Of a stretch of 64,000 nt of DNA, positions 50,571 to 63,725 are shown piece after piece. Origin of the DNA: Squalus acanthias (taxonomy: Eukaryota); the NCBI GenBank assembly GCA_030390025.1, contig CM059431.1, positions 101,248,001 through 101,312,000 of the forward strand. The letters are read 5' to 3'. The notes under the pieces were generated by a model. That model had not been told where the DNA came from, did not search any database, and saw only the letters and a program-made list of their open reading frames with translations. The stretch's first letter is position 1. Each line of letters begins with the position of its first letter. Position numbers and translations under genes: made by a program.

Positions 50571-50839
50571 CTTGCATTTTACTTTTCAGCCACCCCACAT
50601 TACGACAGAGTTCAGGAATAAACAGGGGCGGGGCGGGGGGAGATGGCAAATGAAGTTCAGTATATACAAGTGCAAGGTGGTGCATTTTCAGAGAAGGAAT
50701 AAGAAGGCCATCTGCTCCATGGGAAATAAGAGGAGCAAAGGGGTCTGGGGATACAGATTCACAAATCATTAAAAATATCGACCTGGTTAACAAAGCCATA
50801 AAAATGGCAAACAAACCAAGCACTGCGGTTCATTAAATA

Positions 50840-52725
50840 ACAACAGAAAATGCTGGAAACACTCAGCAGGCCAGGCAGCATCCGTGGAGAGAGAAACAGA
50901 GTTAACGGTTCAGGTCTGGGACCCTTCATCAGAACTGGAAAAAGCTGGAGATGTAACAGATATTAAGCAGGTGCAGAGACAGGGGGGGGGTTTTAGGAGG
51001 GGAGGAAGGAATTGAAAGAACATACTGTGCTTATGTAAGAGGCAGGAAAGATAAAATGTTGCAAATGGGAATGGCAAAATCATACAGCATGAAAAATGGG
51101 GGCAGGGATTATTGTCTGAAATTGTTGAACTCGATGTTGAGTCCGGAAGGCTGTAAAGTGCCTAATCGAAAGATGAGGTGCTGTTCCTCGAGCTTATGTT
51201 GAGCTTCATTGGAACAGTGAAGCGGAGAATTAAAGCAACAGGCGACCGGAAGCTCAGGGTCACCCTTACGGACTGAACGGAGGTGTTCCGCAAAGCAGTC
51301 ACCCAATCTGCGTTTGGTCTCCCCAATGTAGAGGAGACCGCATCGTGAGCAGCGAATACAGTATATTAAATTGCAAGAAGTACAAGTAAATCGCTGTTTC
51401 ACCTGGAAGGGGTGTTTGGGGCCCTGGACAGTGAGAAGGGAGGAGGTAAAAGGGCATGTGTTGCATCTCCTGCGCTTGCACGGGAAGGTGCCAGGCGAAG
51501 GAGAAGGGCTGTTAGGGGTGATTGAGGAGTGGACCAGGGTGTCGCGAAGGGAGCGGTCCCTTCGGAATGCTGAAAGGGGAGGTGAGGGGAAGATGTGTTT
51601 GGTGGTGGGATCACGTTGGAGGTGGCGGAAATGGCGGAGGATTATCCGTTGAATGTGGAGGCTGGTGGGATGAAAGTTGAGGACAAGGGGAACCCTATCG
51701 TGGTTCTGGGAGGGAGGGGAAGGGGAGAGAGCAGAAGCGCGGGAAATGGAACGGACACGGTCAAGGGCCGTGTCAACCACAGTAGAGGGGAATCCTCGGT
51801 TGAGGAAAAAGGAAGACATGTTGGAAGCACTGGTATGGAAGGTGGCATCGTCAGAACAGACGCGGCGGAGACGGAGAAACTGGGAGAATGGAATAGAGTC
51901 CTTACAGGAAGCGGGGCGGGAGGAAGTGTAGTCCAGGTAGCTGTGGGAGTCAGTGGGCTTGTAGTGGATGTTTGTCGAAAGCCGATCGCCAGAAATGGAG
52001 ACGGAGAAGTCAAGGAAGGGAAGGGAAGAGTCGGAGATGGACCATGTGAAGGTGAGGGAAGGGTGGAAATTGGAAGTAAAGTGAATGAACTTATCTAGTT
52101 CAGGTCGAGAGCAGGAAACGGCACCGATACAGTCATCGATGTACCGGAAAAAGAGGTGAGGGAGGGGACCTGAGTAAGACTGGAACAAAGAATGTTCCAC
52201 ATATCCCATGAACAGGCAGGCATAGCTAGGACCCATGCGGGTTCCCATAGCAACACCTTTAATTTGGAGGAATTGACTGGAGTCAAAAGAGAAGTTGTTT
52301 AATGTGAGAACAAATTCAGCCAGGCGGAGGAGGGTGGTGGAGGATGGGGACTGGTTGGGCCTCTGTTCAAGGAAGAAACGGAGCGCCCTCAGGCCGTCCT
52401 GGTGGAGGATGGAGGTGTAGAGGGATTGGACGTCCATTGTGAAAAGGAGACGGTTGGGGCCAGGAAACTGGAAACTGTTAAAGTGACGGAGGGCGTCAGA
52501 AGAGTCGCGAATGTAGGTGGGAAGAGACTGGACAAGGGGAGAAAAAATAGAGTCGAGATAGGAAGAGATAAGTTCCGTGGGGCAAGAACAGGCTGAAACG
52601 ATGGGTCTACCAGGGCAGTCCTGTTTGTGGATCTTGGGAAGAAGGTAGAAGCGGGCTGTGCAAGGTTCGGGGACTATGAGGTTGGCGGCCATGGAGGGAA
52701 GATCTCCAGAGGAGATGAGGTTCTG
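50840..52725 (-). mobile_element. 5'-truncated Penelope-like element with open RT + GIY-YIG ORF (51109-52692) and 3' pLTR
   Basis: 527-aa ORF with FYLLPKIHK, GRPIVS, GVAMGT, RYIDD, CNTC, IYCIRC, YIGETKR and GLN. Confidence 0.93.
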
Positions 52726-52801
52726 CGGTTCATTTCTGTTTAACTTGTCTCGGACCTTGGTTAGACCACACTTGGAGCACTGCAGTTCTGGTCAACATAT
52801 T

Positions 52802-53545
52802 GGCCCAGAAATTGATCTCGCTCTGTTCCCGCGGGGGTAAGCCTTCCCCGCGATGTCTCACCTCGCTTATGCTTTTTCTGATCCAGCTCGCACGAACTTG
52901 ATGTTCCAGACATCAGCTGTGCTGGGCTTGCGTATCCCAGCGGCGTAGTGAATTCGTGCGAGCTGTGGGATCACGTGACTCAGTTAGAGCCAATGGCAGC
53001 ACACCATCTTCCATTCATAAGTCTCACAGCATGGCTGTGAGACTTATGAATCTTACACCCCCCCAAAATAACAGCTAAACCTCAATTAAATTTAAAAAAA
53101 AAACCATCACATTAATAAAATAAGTATAGTTAATTAAATTAACCATTTTAAATAAAAAATTAAATTTTTGAAAAAATTTAAAATCTTTTAAAAAGTTATA
53201 AAAATAAACTTACCTGTCTTTAAAGTCTATAAAAAAGATATACCTGTAAAAACAAATTCAAAAAAATACTTAATTCACTACTTACCTTCTTAAAAGTGGG
53301 TCTTACTCCTCCTTTTTACATTTCCAAAATCTTCCCTACTTACCTGCGCGTCCAAAGCATGAAGTGCACAGCGTGCGCGCAGCCTGTAGCGCGCACGCGA
53401 TGCACCCAGGCCCCGCCCCCTTTTCAGAAGAGCAATTGCCGGTTTTCAGCGCATGCGCAGGGCATGCAGAAAACCGGCAATTGGAGTGGGAATACGCGAG
53501 AGTACGCAGTGCGTACTCTCGCGTCCCGGGATCAATTTTCGGCCC
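52802..53545. mobile_element. Harbinger-like MITE inserted in a CR1 fragment (~52735-54035)
   Basis: Ends ggcccagaaattgatc / gatcaattttcggccc; TSD ATT. Confidence 0.9.
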
Positions 53546-56500
53546 ATTACAAAAAGGATACAGAGGCACTGGAGAAGGTGCAAAAAAAATTTACAAGCAT
53601 GATACCAGAACTGAAAGGTTATAACCATCAGGAAAGACTGAACAGGCTGAGGCTCTTTTCTCTTGAAAAGAGAATGCTGAGGGGTGACCTGATAGAAGTC
53701 TTTAAGATTATGATGGGTTTGATAGCATAGACGTAGAGAAGATGTTTCCACTTGTGAGAGAGACCAAAACTAGAGGACATCAATACAAGATCGTCACCAA
53801 TAAATTCAATCGGGAATTTGGGAGAAACTTCTTTACCCAGAGCGTGGGGAGAATGTGGAACTCGCTACCACAGGGAGTGGTTGGGGCGAATAGCATAGAT
53901 GCATTTAAGGGGAAGCTAGATAAACACATGGGGGAGAAAGGAATATAAGGATATGAAGTAAGGTGGGAGGAGGCTCGTGTGGAGCATGGACCAGTTGGGC
54001 CGAATGGCCTGTTTCTATGCTGTAAATTCTACGTAATTGTCTGAAATCAAGGGCACAAACCCTGCAGGGAGTGGCATGCTTCTCAGGAATGCACTATTTT
54101 ATGCTCACATTTTTTAATATATTCATTCACAGGATGTGGGCGTCACTGGCAAGGCCGGCACACCACTTTATACAGCGAGAGAGAAAACTGCTGTACTGGC
54201 ATCAAATTTTAAGAGCGATTTTAAAAATAAGGCTGCGACAAAAAGGGTCCCGCATAGAATAAACAGAAAACTTGAGAAAGACTTATATAGCGCCTTTCTC
54301 ATCCTAAGGACGTCCCAAAGTGCTTTACAGTCAACAAAGTACTTTTGAATTGTAGTCACTGTTGTAATGTAGGAAAATAATCATAAAGATTTTTGTGGCT
54401 GGAGAAATGGTGCAGGGAGGATTTCAGATTCCTGGGGAATTGGGACCAGTTCTGGGCCAGGAGGGACCTGTTCAAGCTAGACGGTTTGCACCTCAACAGA
54501 GCTGGGACCAATGTCCTCATGGGAAGGTTAACTAGTGCTGTGGGGGGAAGGTATAAATTAATTTGGCAGGGTGATGGACACCAGAATGAAACATTAGAGA
54601 GGAGACACAAGGTGCACAGGGGACTGGAAGAGACCAATAGTACTAGAATAAAGAACAGTTCAGAAATAGGAGGGATCAGACAGGGGGAAAATGCAAGGCA
54701 GTCTAAGATGAGTTTGGAGTGCATGTATGTAAATGCACGTAGCGTGGTAAAAAGGTTGGTAAGCTGCAGGCACAAGTCTCTACATGGGACTATGATATAG
54801 CGGCAATAACAGAGAGCTGGCTCAATGAAGGGGAGGATTGGGAACTTAATATTCCTGGCTACAAGGTATTCAGGAAAGATAGGGAAGGAAAACAAAGAGG
54901 GGGGTGGCAGTATTGATCAAATAAACTATTATAGCACTGGAGAGGGATGATGTATGTGAGGGGTCAAAGACAGAATCTATGTGGTTAGAATTAAGGAACA
55001 ATAGAGGAGCCATTATGGTATTGGATGTATATTATAGACCACCAAAAGCAGGCAAATTACAGAAAGATGCAAGAACTACAGAGTAGTGATAATGGGAAAC
55101 TTCAATTACCGTAATATGAACTGGGACAGTAACAGTGTAAAGGGCAAAGAGGGGGAGGAATTCCTGAAATATGTACGAGAACTTTCTTGATCAGTGTGTT
55201 TCCAGCCCAACGAGGAAGGAAACAGTGCTGGATCTGGGGAATGAAGTGGGGCAAGTGGAGCATGTTTCAGTGGGAGAGCATTTGGGGAATAGTGATCATA
55301 ATATCATCAGGTTTACAACAGTGATGGTAAAAGACAAGGAACAATCAAGTGTAAAAATACTTCAGTGAGTTGAAAAGGGATTGGAATCAAAAACTGATAG
55401 GCAAAACAGTAATTGAACAACGGGAGGCCTTCAAAGAGGAGATGGTTCGGGTACAGAGTAGACACATTCCTATGAGAGGAAAAGGAAGGGCATCCAAAGT
55501 TAGAGCTCACTGGATGATTAAAGCTTTGGAGATTAAAATGAGACAGAGAAAGGAGGCTTATGACAAACGTAAGATTCATAATACAGTAGGGAACCAAGCT
55601 AATTATAGAAAGTAGAGAGAGATCTAAAAAAAAGGAATAAGAGGGGCAAAGAGAGAGTATGAGAATAGATTAGCGGCTAACATAAAAGTATTTTATAAAC
55701 ATATCAATAGCAAAAGGGTAGTCAAAGGAAGGGTGGGGTCGAATAGGGACCAAAAAGGAGATCTTCTTCTTCTTCTTCTTAGGCAGTCCCTCGGAAAAAA
55801 GGAGATATTCTTGTGGAGGCAGAGGGCATGGCTGAGGTACTAAACGAGTACTCTGCATCTATCTTCACAAAAGAGGATGTGGTAGTGATATTGGATAGGA
55901 TAAAAATAGATAAAGAGGAGGTACTTAAAAGGTTGGCAATCCTCAAAGTAGAAAAGTCACCCGGTCCAGAAGGGATGCAATCCTAGTTTACTGAGGGAAT
56001 TAAGGGTGGAAATAGCAGAGTCTCTGGCCACAGTCTTCCAATCCACCTTGGATATGGGGGTGGTGCCAGAGGACTGGAGGACTGCAAATGTTACACCCCT
56101 GATTAAAAAGGGGAGAGGGATAAACCCAGCAACTACAGGCCAGTCAGCCTAACGTCGGCGGTGGGGAAACTTTGAGAGACAATAATCCGGAACAAAATTA
56201 ATGAAAGTCAGTACGGATTTGTTAAAGGCAAATCATATTTGGCTAACTAGATCGAGTTCTTTAATGAAGTAACAGAGAGGGCTGATGAGGGTAGGGCAGT
56301 TGATGATGTGTATATGGACTTTCAAAAGGCATTTGACAAAGTACCACATAATAGGGCTTGTTAGCAAAATTAATGTCCGTAGGATTAAAGGGACAGCGGC
56401 AGTGTGGATACAGAATTGGCTAAGGGACAGAAAGCAGAGAGTAATGGTGAACGGTTGTTTTTCAGACTGGAGGGAGGTATACAGTGGTGCTCCCCGGGGG

Positions 56501-56927
56501 ACAGTGTTAGGACCACTTCTCTTTTTGATATATATTAGTGACCTGGTTTTCAGATGACAGGAAACTCGGAAATGTAGTAAACAATGAGGAGGATAGTAAC
56601 AGACTTCAGGAGGACATAGACTGGTAAAATGGGCAGACACATGGCAGATGAAATTTAGTGCAAAGAAGAAGTGTGAAGTGATACATTTTGGTAGGAAGAA
56701 TGAGGACAGGCAATATGAACTAAATAGTACAATTTTAAAGTGGGTGCAGGAACAGAGAGACCTGGGGGTGTACGTACACAAATCTTTGAAGGTGGCAGGA
56801 CAAGTTGAGAAAGATGTTAAAAAAGCATATGGGATCCCGGGCTTTATTAATAGGGGCATAGTGTACAAAAGCAAGGAAGTTATGCTAGACCTTTATAAAA
56901 CGCTGGTTAGGCATCAACTGCAGTATT

Positions 56928-58661
56928 GGGCCGTAATTTCCGAGAGGAGGCTTCCTGCGTGGTGAATTCCAATTCACAATATACATTAATGATATAGACG
57001 AGGGAACTAAATGTAATATCTCCAAGTTTGCAGATGACACAAAGCTGGGTGGGCGTGTGTGCTGCGAGGAGGATACCGAGAAACTCCAGGATGATTTGGA
57101 CAGGTTGGGTGAGTGGGCAGAAGCGTGGCAGATGCAATATAACGTGGATAAATGCGAGGTTATCCACTTTGGTGTCAAAAACAGAAAGGCAGACTATTAT
57201 CTGAATGGCAATAGATTGGGAGAAGGGGAAGTGCAACGAGACCTGGGTGTCCTTGTGCACCAGTCGCTGAAGGTAAGCATGCAGGTGCAGCAGGCGGTTA
57301 AGAAGGCAAATGGTATGTTGGCCTTCATAGCGAAAGGGTTTGAGTATAGGAACAGGGATGTCCTGCTGCAGTTGTACAGGGCCTTGGTAAGACCACACCT
57401 TGAGTACTGTGTGCAGTTTTGGTCGCCTTATCTGAGGAAGGATGTTCTTGCCATGGAAGGAGTTCAGCGAAGATTCACAAGGCTGATACCTGGGATGGCA
57501 GGAATGACATATGAGTAGAGATTGGGTCGACTGGGCTTATACTCGCTGGAGTTTAGAAGAATGAGAGGGGATCTCATCGAAACATATAAAATTCTGACAG
57601 GTCTGGACAAACTAGATGCAGGAAGAATGTTCCCGATGGTCGGAGAGTCCAGAACCAGGGGTCATAATCTAAGGATAAGGGGTAAGCCATTTAGGACAGA
57701 AATGAGGAAGAATTTCTTCACCCAGAGAGTGGTGAACCTGTGGAATTCTCTTCCACAGAAGGCAGTTGAGGCCAAGTCATTAAATATATTCAAGAATGAG
57801 TTAGATATATTTCTTAACGATAAAGGTATCAAGGGATATGGGGAGAAGGCAGATACAGGGTACTGAGTTTGGATGATCAGCCATGATCTCATCGAATGGC
57901 GGAGCAGGCTCGAGGGGCCGAATGGCCTACTCCTGCTCCTATCTTCTATGTTTCTATGTTTCTATGTGCGGATGCCTCCTATTGGAAAAAAATCTCCGCA
58001 CTTACCTGAGGGCTCCCGAGGACCGGACACTTCCGCTCCTGGGCCTGTCCGCAGTCGAAATGCGCAGGGCCCACGTATCCCAGGGATGCAGGTGGTTCGC
58101 AAGCGTCCCTGGGATCACATGGGCCAGGCCAGCCAATAGGAGAAGGGAATTTCCCTTCATACTTTTGACAGATAGACCTGTCAAAAGTATGAATGGAGAT
58201 CACCCCAAAAACACATCAAAACATTAAATAAATTTAAAGAAAACCATCACTTTTTAAAATGAGTTAAAATTACATTAAATTAAATATTTTGAATAAAATA
58301 ATTCAGGTTTTTTACGGGGCTAAAAATAAACTTACCTTTTTTAAAAGTATTTTAAAATTATAAATGAGTGAAAAAAAAAATTTAAAATTTTTTTTTAAAC
58401 TCTTATGCTGGTAAAAGCAGGCCTTACGCCTGCTTTTACCAGGCGTAAGATTTCTAAGGGTTTTCAGCGGGCGGATGTTCTGCAGAAAGCGGAAATCTCC
58501 ACCCGCAGAGGCCCTTCTCCAGGGCAGGCGTCCGATCTGTCAAGAGCATTCTTGATAGATCGGAAATGCCGGTTTTCGCATGTCTGAAACCGGCATTTCC
58601 GATGTCCCTGCGGGTGTGTACACAGCGCGTACACACCCATAGGCATCAGAAAATACGGGCC
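56928..58661. mobile_element. Harbinger-like MITE containing a young CR1 insertion
   Basis: Ends gggccgtaatttccga / tcagaaaatacgggcc; TSD ATT. Confidence 0.85.
56971..57967 (+). mobile_element. Young 5'-truncated CR1
   Basis: ORFs 57057-57518 and 57522-57866, nearly identical to 4468-5449; (ttctatgt)n tail. Confidence 0.92.
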
Positions 58662-59259
58662 ATTGTTTTCAATTCTGGGCACCACACTTTCGGAAGGATG
58701 TCAAGGCCTTAAAGAAGGTGCAGAGGAGATTTACTAGAATGGTGCCAGGGATGAGGGAGTTCAGTGATGTGGAGAGACTGGAGAAGCTGGACTCGTTCTC
58801 CTTACAGCAGAGAAGGTAAAGAGGAGATTTAATAGAGGTGTTCAAAATCACGAACGGTTCTGATGAGTAAATAAGGAGAAACTGTTTCCACTGGCAGGAG
58901 GGTCAGTAATAAGAGGGCACAGATTTAAGGTGATCGGCAAAAGAACCAGACGCGACATGAGGGAATTTTTTTTACGCAGCAAGTTGTTGTGATCTGGAAC
59001 GCGCTGCCTGAAAGGGCGGTGGAAGCAGATTCAATATTAACATTCAAAAGAGAACTGGATAAATACTTGAAGGGAAAAAAGTTACAGGGCTCTGGGGGAA
59101 AGAGCAGGCTGTAAATTCCAGATCATAACAACTCGCTGCGTACAAAAATCTCCCTGTTGGTTCTTTTGCCAATAAGGCAACACAAGGGAAGAGGAGGCAC
59201 CATAAACATTCCCATCTTCGCCATGATGTGGAGATGCCGGTGTTGGACTGGGGTGGACA

Positions 59260-59447
59260 AATGTGAGAAGTCGCACAACACCAGGTTATAGTCCAACAGC
59301 TTTATTTGAAATCACAAGCTTTTGGAGCGGCTGCTCCTTCGTCAGGTGAAGTCTGACTTCACCTGACGAAGGAGCAGCGCTCCGAAAGCTTGTGATTTCA
59401 AATAAAGCTGTTGGACTATAACCTGGTGTTGTGCGACTTCTCACATT
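59260..59447. repeat. Near-perfect palindrome of a Penelope-type end with a hammerhead motif in each arm
   Basis: Arms 59260-59353 and 59355-59447; intact + strand core at 59359-59395. Confidence 0.9.
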
Positions 59448-59639
59448 CCTATCTTCAACCATGGCAAAGCTCAGCACACAAGTATGAGAGGTGAGGCCGA
59501 CAAAGCGAGCACCTTCAGTCCCGTGTGGACGATCCTACTCGACCCTCCTGCCCAGATTCCTATCAGGCCCTCTTCAGCCAAGTCGCTCCACCACATATGA
59601 CGCCATTAAGTGGCCGAGAGTATTGGATACAGTGAAGGC

Positions 59640-59768
59640 CAATGTTCCCTTTAAGCTGTGCGGCTGCGCAGCGCTCCAGGGGTCCCGCGCAGCTGGTGAG
59701 CCGGCTTTTAAATCAGCAGCACATCAAAGGGGCCGTGCGGCCCACAAAAAAATTTACAGGGAACATTG
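59640..59768. mobile_element. hAT-type MITE
   Basis: TIR caatgttccct / agggaacattg; 8-bp TSD GTGAAGGC. Confidence 0.92.
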
Positions 59769-60294
59769 GTGAAGGCTCTGGGTCCTGACTATATCACAGC
59801 TGTAGTAACTGAAGATCTGTGCACCAAAACTAGCTGCGCCCCCAGTCAGGCTGTTCACCCATCACCCCCTGTGCTCGTTGACCTACATTGGCTCCCAGTC
59901 CAGCAACGACTCAAATTTAAAATTCTCATCCTTGTGTTCAAATCCCTCCATGGCGTCGCCCCTCCCTATCTGCGTAACTTCCTCCAGCCCTACAACCCTC
60001 CGGGATCTCTGCATTCTTCCAATTCTGGCCTCTTGTGCTGCCCCATTTCCTTCACCCCCACCATTGGCGGCCATGCCGTCAGGTGTCTAGGCCCTAAGCT
60101 CTGGAATTCCCTCCCTCAACCTCTCCGCCTCCCTACCTGTTTCCCACCCACCTCCCCTACCCACACAAGATGCTCCCCAAAAGCAAAGGGACATAATCTT
60201 TGCCGTCAAGCTAAGCCAATTAAAAGCAAACAGCAATGTTAACACAGTTAACCACAGAAAGCCAATTGAGATGTTTAAAAGGGAGATAGATAAT

Positions 60295-61049
60295 GGGCCG
60301 GATCTTGCTATAAAAATAATGGTGTGTTAATGACACACGCTGTTATTAATGGACAAATCGGCCAGCAAGTTCAGGGGATGGGGAGATACGGCACGAGTTG
60401 TGAATCTCCAGAACTTGCTGGTGGATTTACGTCGCTCCGCTGTTTGCTTCGCACAAACGGCATCTCGCCCTCAACCTCCCCGGTATTTTTAACAACTTGC
60501 TGGATTTGCGCATCAATTGCCCGTTAAACTCGCCGCAGAAAGTTAGGGCTGGTAATTAACAGCGTAAGAACCCTTTTAAGGATGAGATCATTGTTAATGC
60601 AATGCCAAGCAATCTTTCTGGCCTAGAAAAGGCACAACTTAAACTGTAGAATTTCATTCCTGCATGTAGCAAATTCCTCTTAGAGATTAAAAAAAATTCA
60701 AACTGTTTAATTTTAATTTTCCTGTCACTTTTTTTCTCTCTCTTAATCCAATCTTTCTTTCCCTCTCTTCATTTCTCCCTCTGTACCTGATTTGACTCTA
60801 ATTCACCCTATTTCCTTCTCCGTCGTTCCTCTGTTTCTTTCTCTATCCTTAAATCTCATGGGTTAAGGAGACAGACTGTTGGTCCCGTCGTTCACCGAGG
60901 TCCCAGATGCCCCATTGCCCTCGCCGCGCCGTTATCAGCTCGCACTCCCAGCAAGTTACAGGGCAAAAAATGTTCGAGCTGAAGAGTGAGGGAAAAATCT
61001 AACTAACGGGGTACACTGCGAGATGCTCCACTCCAGTAAGATTCAGCCC
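60295..61049. mobile_element. Harbinger-like non-autonomous element
   Basis: Ends gggccggatcttgct / agtaagattcagccc; TSD AAT. Confidence 0.82.
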
Positions 61050-62084
61050 AATAACTTAGGAAGATGCTACAAATTTTGGATCTGCGCAAGATGTTCTTAC
61101 AGATTCATCGTTAGTGGTCTCTTCTGTAAGTGGATCCCACATCTTCTATGATCTGAAGCGTACGTTTACAGCCAGGCATATGGTAGTTTGAGCGGGGATT
61201 GCAACAATAAAATCCCTTGTTCTGGATACTGGACACTTCAATCTTCATGCAAACTTAATTTATTATCAACATCTGAATATAAATTAATCTGAAATACCTC
61301 CTGGGCCAAATAGTGAAAAAAAGTCCACACTACTCAGTGTACATCATTTCAAGAAACAAAACCAGATACGGTGATGAAGAGGCAGAGTAGGAATGCACAA
61401 CACTACTTTCAGTTCTGTATTGCGGGTTCAAATCCAGTCCCTGACTGATGAGTTTGGGTTGTCTTATGAATAACCAGGGAATGATGAAAGCCATTCGGTC
61501 CATCAAGCCAGCTACATAGTGACATGTAAAAAAAAATCCACCCCATCAAAGACTGCTCCACTTACTGACATTCCTAAGTAAAGTTCTGCAAAATTTCTCT
61601 CCCCACTCAAGACATAAATCTATCCTCACACTTCTACAATTTGACACGGACCATTATTTTTCCAGGTGATTTTTCTCATTCACTGTCCTCAGATTAAGTC
61701 AGCTGATGTTTTGCAGTTTGAAGTACGACCCAATTTATCTCATTATTTATATACATCCCCTTTTGCCGGCTATAATTAGTGAACAGAACTTATTGCGCTT
61801 TCATTTCCAGTATCTAATTAACTGCCTACAGAGGCAAACAGGCCAACCAAATGAAACAATCTCTCATATGAATGCTCTTTGAAGATTGGGTTTCGGAAAT
61901 ATTCTAGTGCAGCTGTGCATCACATCTGTCCCATTGTGTAGCTCAATACAGTGCCTGCTGTCTCACTCTGCACAGAACAACCATTTAATTCCCAACATTG
62001 TCCACTCTCATAAGCTCCTGCCTTGTTCAGCATCCACGCACAAAAATATACCAGATCACGGACTCTACGTTACATGTTTTTTTA

Positions 62085-62705
62085 AATTCGTTTATGGGAT
62101 CAGGGCGTCGCTGGCAATGCCAGCATTTATTGCCCATCCCTAGTTGCCCTTGAGAAGGTGGTGGTGAGCCGCCTTCTTGAACCGCTGCAGTCCCGTGTGG
62201 TGAAGGTACTCCCACAGTGCTGTTAGGGAGGGAGTTCTAGGATTTTGACCCAGCGACGATGAAGGATCGGAGATATACTTCCAAGTCAGGTTGGTGTGTG
62301 ACTTGGCGGGGAACTTGGAGGTGGTGGTCTTCCCATGCGCCTGCTGCCCTTGTCCTTCTAGGTGGAAGAGGTCACGGGTTTGGGAGGTGCTGCCGAAGAA
62401 GCCTTGGCGAGTTGCTGCAGTGCATCTTGTAGATGGTACACACTGCAGCCACGGTGCGCCGGTGGTGGAGGGAGTGAATGTTTAAGGTGGTGGATGGGCT
62501 GCCAATCAAGCGGGCTGCTTTGTCCTGGATGGTGTCGAGCTTCTTGAGTGTTGTTGGAGCTGCACTCATCCAGGCAAGTGGAGAGTATTCCATCACACTC
62601 CTGACTTGTGCCTTGTAGATGGTGGAAAGGCTTTGGGGAGTCAGGAGGTGAGACACTCGCCGCAGAATACCCAGCCTCTGACCTGCTCTTGTTGCCACAG
62701 TATTT
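62085..62705 (-). mobile_element. Second LINE family, 3' RT fragment
   Basis: ORF 62372-62698. Confidence 0.82.
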
Positions 62706-62845
62706 ACGTGGTTTAATGTCCGAAGGAAATATACAGCGGCTAATTTTCACTGCCAGCCCAGTTCGGTGGGAATGCTGTGCTCATCCTTGCACTCTTGTGT
62801 CATCCACACCACTTCAAACGGGCAGCAGTTCACAAATAAAGACAG

Positions 62846-63287
62846 AAAAGAAAAAACTTGCATTTATGCAGCACCTTCCATGACCACAGGACGTCCCATG
62901 AAGTGTAGTCACTGTTGTAATGTTGGAAACTCGGCAACCAATTTGTACACAGCAAGCTCCCACAAACAGCAGTGTGATAATGACCAGATAATCTGTTTTA
63001 GTGATGCTGATTGAGGGATAAATATTGGCCCAGGACAACAGGGAGAACTCCCCTGCTCTCCTTTGAAATAGTGCCATGGCATGTTTTACGTCCACTTGAG
63101 AGAGCACACAAGGCCTCGGAATAACGTCTCATCCGAAAGACGGCACCTACGACAGTGCAGCACTCCCTCAGCACTGGACTGCAGTGTCAGCCTAGATTTT
63201 TGTGCTCGAGTCTCTGGAGTGGGGATTTGAACCCACAACTTTCTGACTCAGAGGCAGGAGTGCTGCCCACTGAGCCACGGCTGACAA
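62846..63287 (-). mobile_element. Deu-domain tRNA SINE
   Basis: Reverse complement of 50103-50570. Confidence 0.86.
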
Positions 63288-63725
63288 CGTGGTTTGCCTC
63301 TTTCAAACACTCTTTCAAATGGCCTCAGGACACGGAGATGGAAGTGAAGAAAACATCAGTGCCCCATCTTACGTGTTGGGCGTGGAAAAATGCTTCAGCA
63401 GTTCAGAAGCACCAGTTTACCGCGCATGAGAATACCTGTAATTTTCCCCTTGCGTTGCATAAAATGATGAGATCGTGAGCACGCAGATGGATTCCTGAGG
63501 GGGTGGGGTTTGAAATAGCAAAGAAGGGTGACTATACTGGTGACTGCTCAGGATAGAGTGTTGCTGCTAAGAGGATGTAATTTTTTCTGTGCTACCAGGA
63601 AAGCCTTTTGATCATAGGAAAGTTGGCAGGGGGGGTCTTTTGGTTGCTGAACATGCCAAACTTTTGCAACTGGCTATCAGGGGCTTGTGTAGAGACAGCA
63701 GATGGCCAGAAAGATCAATAAACAT

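Larger units (their letters stand above)
54390..59105 (+). mobile_element. Degraded long CR1 (ORF1 end and ORF2), split at 56928-58661
   Basis: LDGLHLN (ORF1), CMYVNARSV (endonuclease) and RT pieces; resumes at 58662. Confidence 0.88.
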
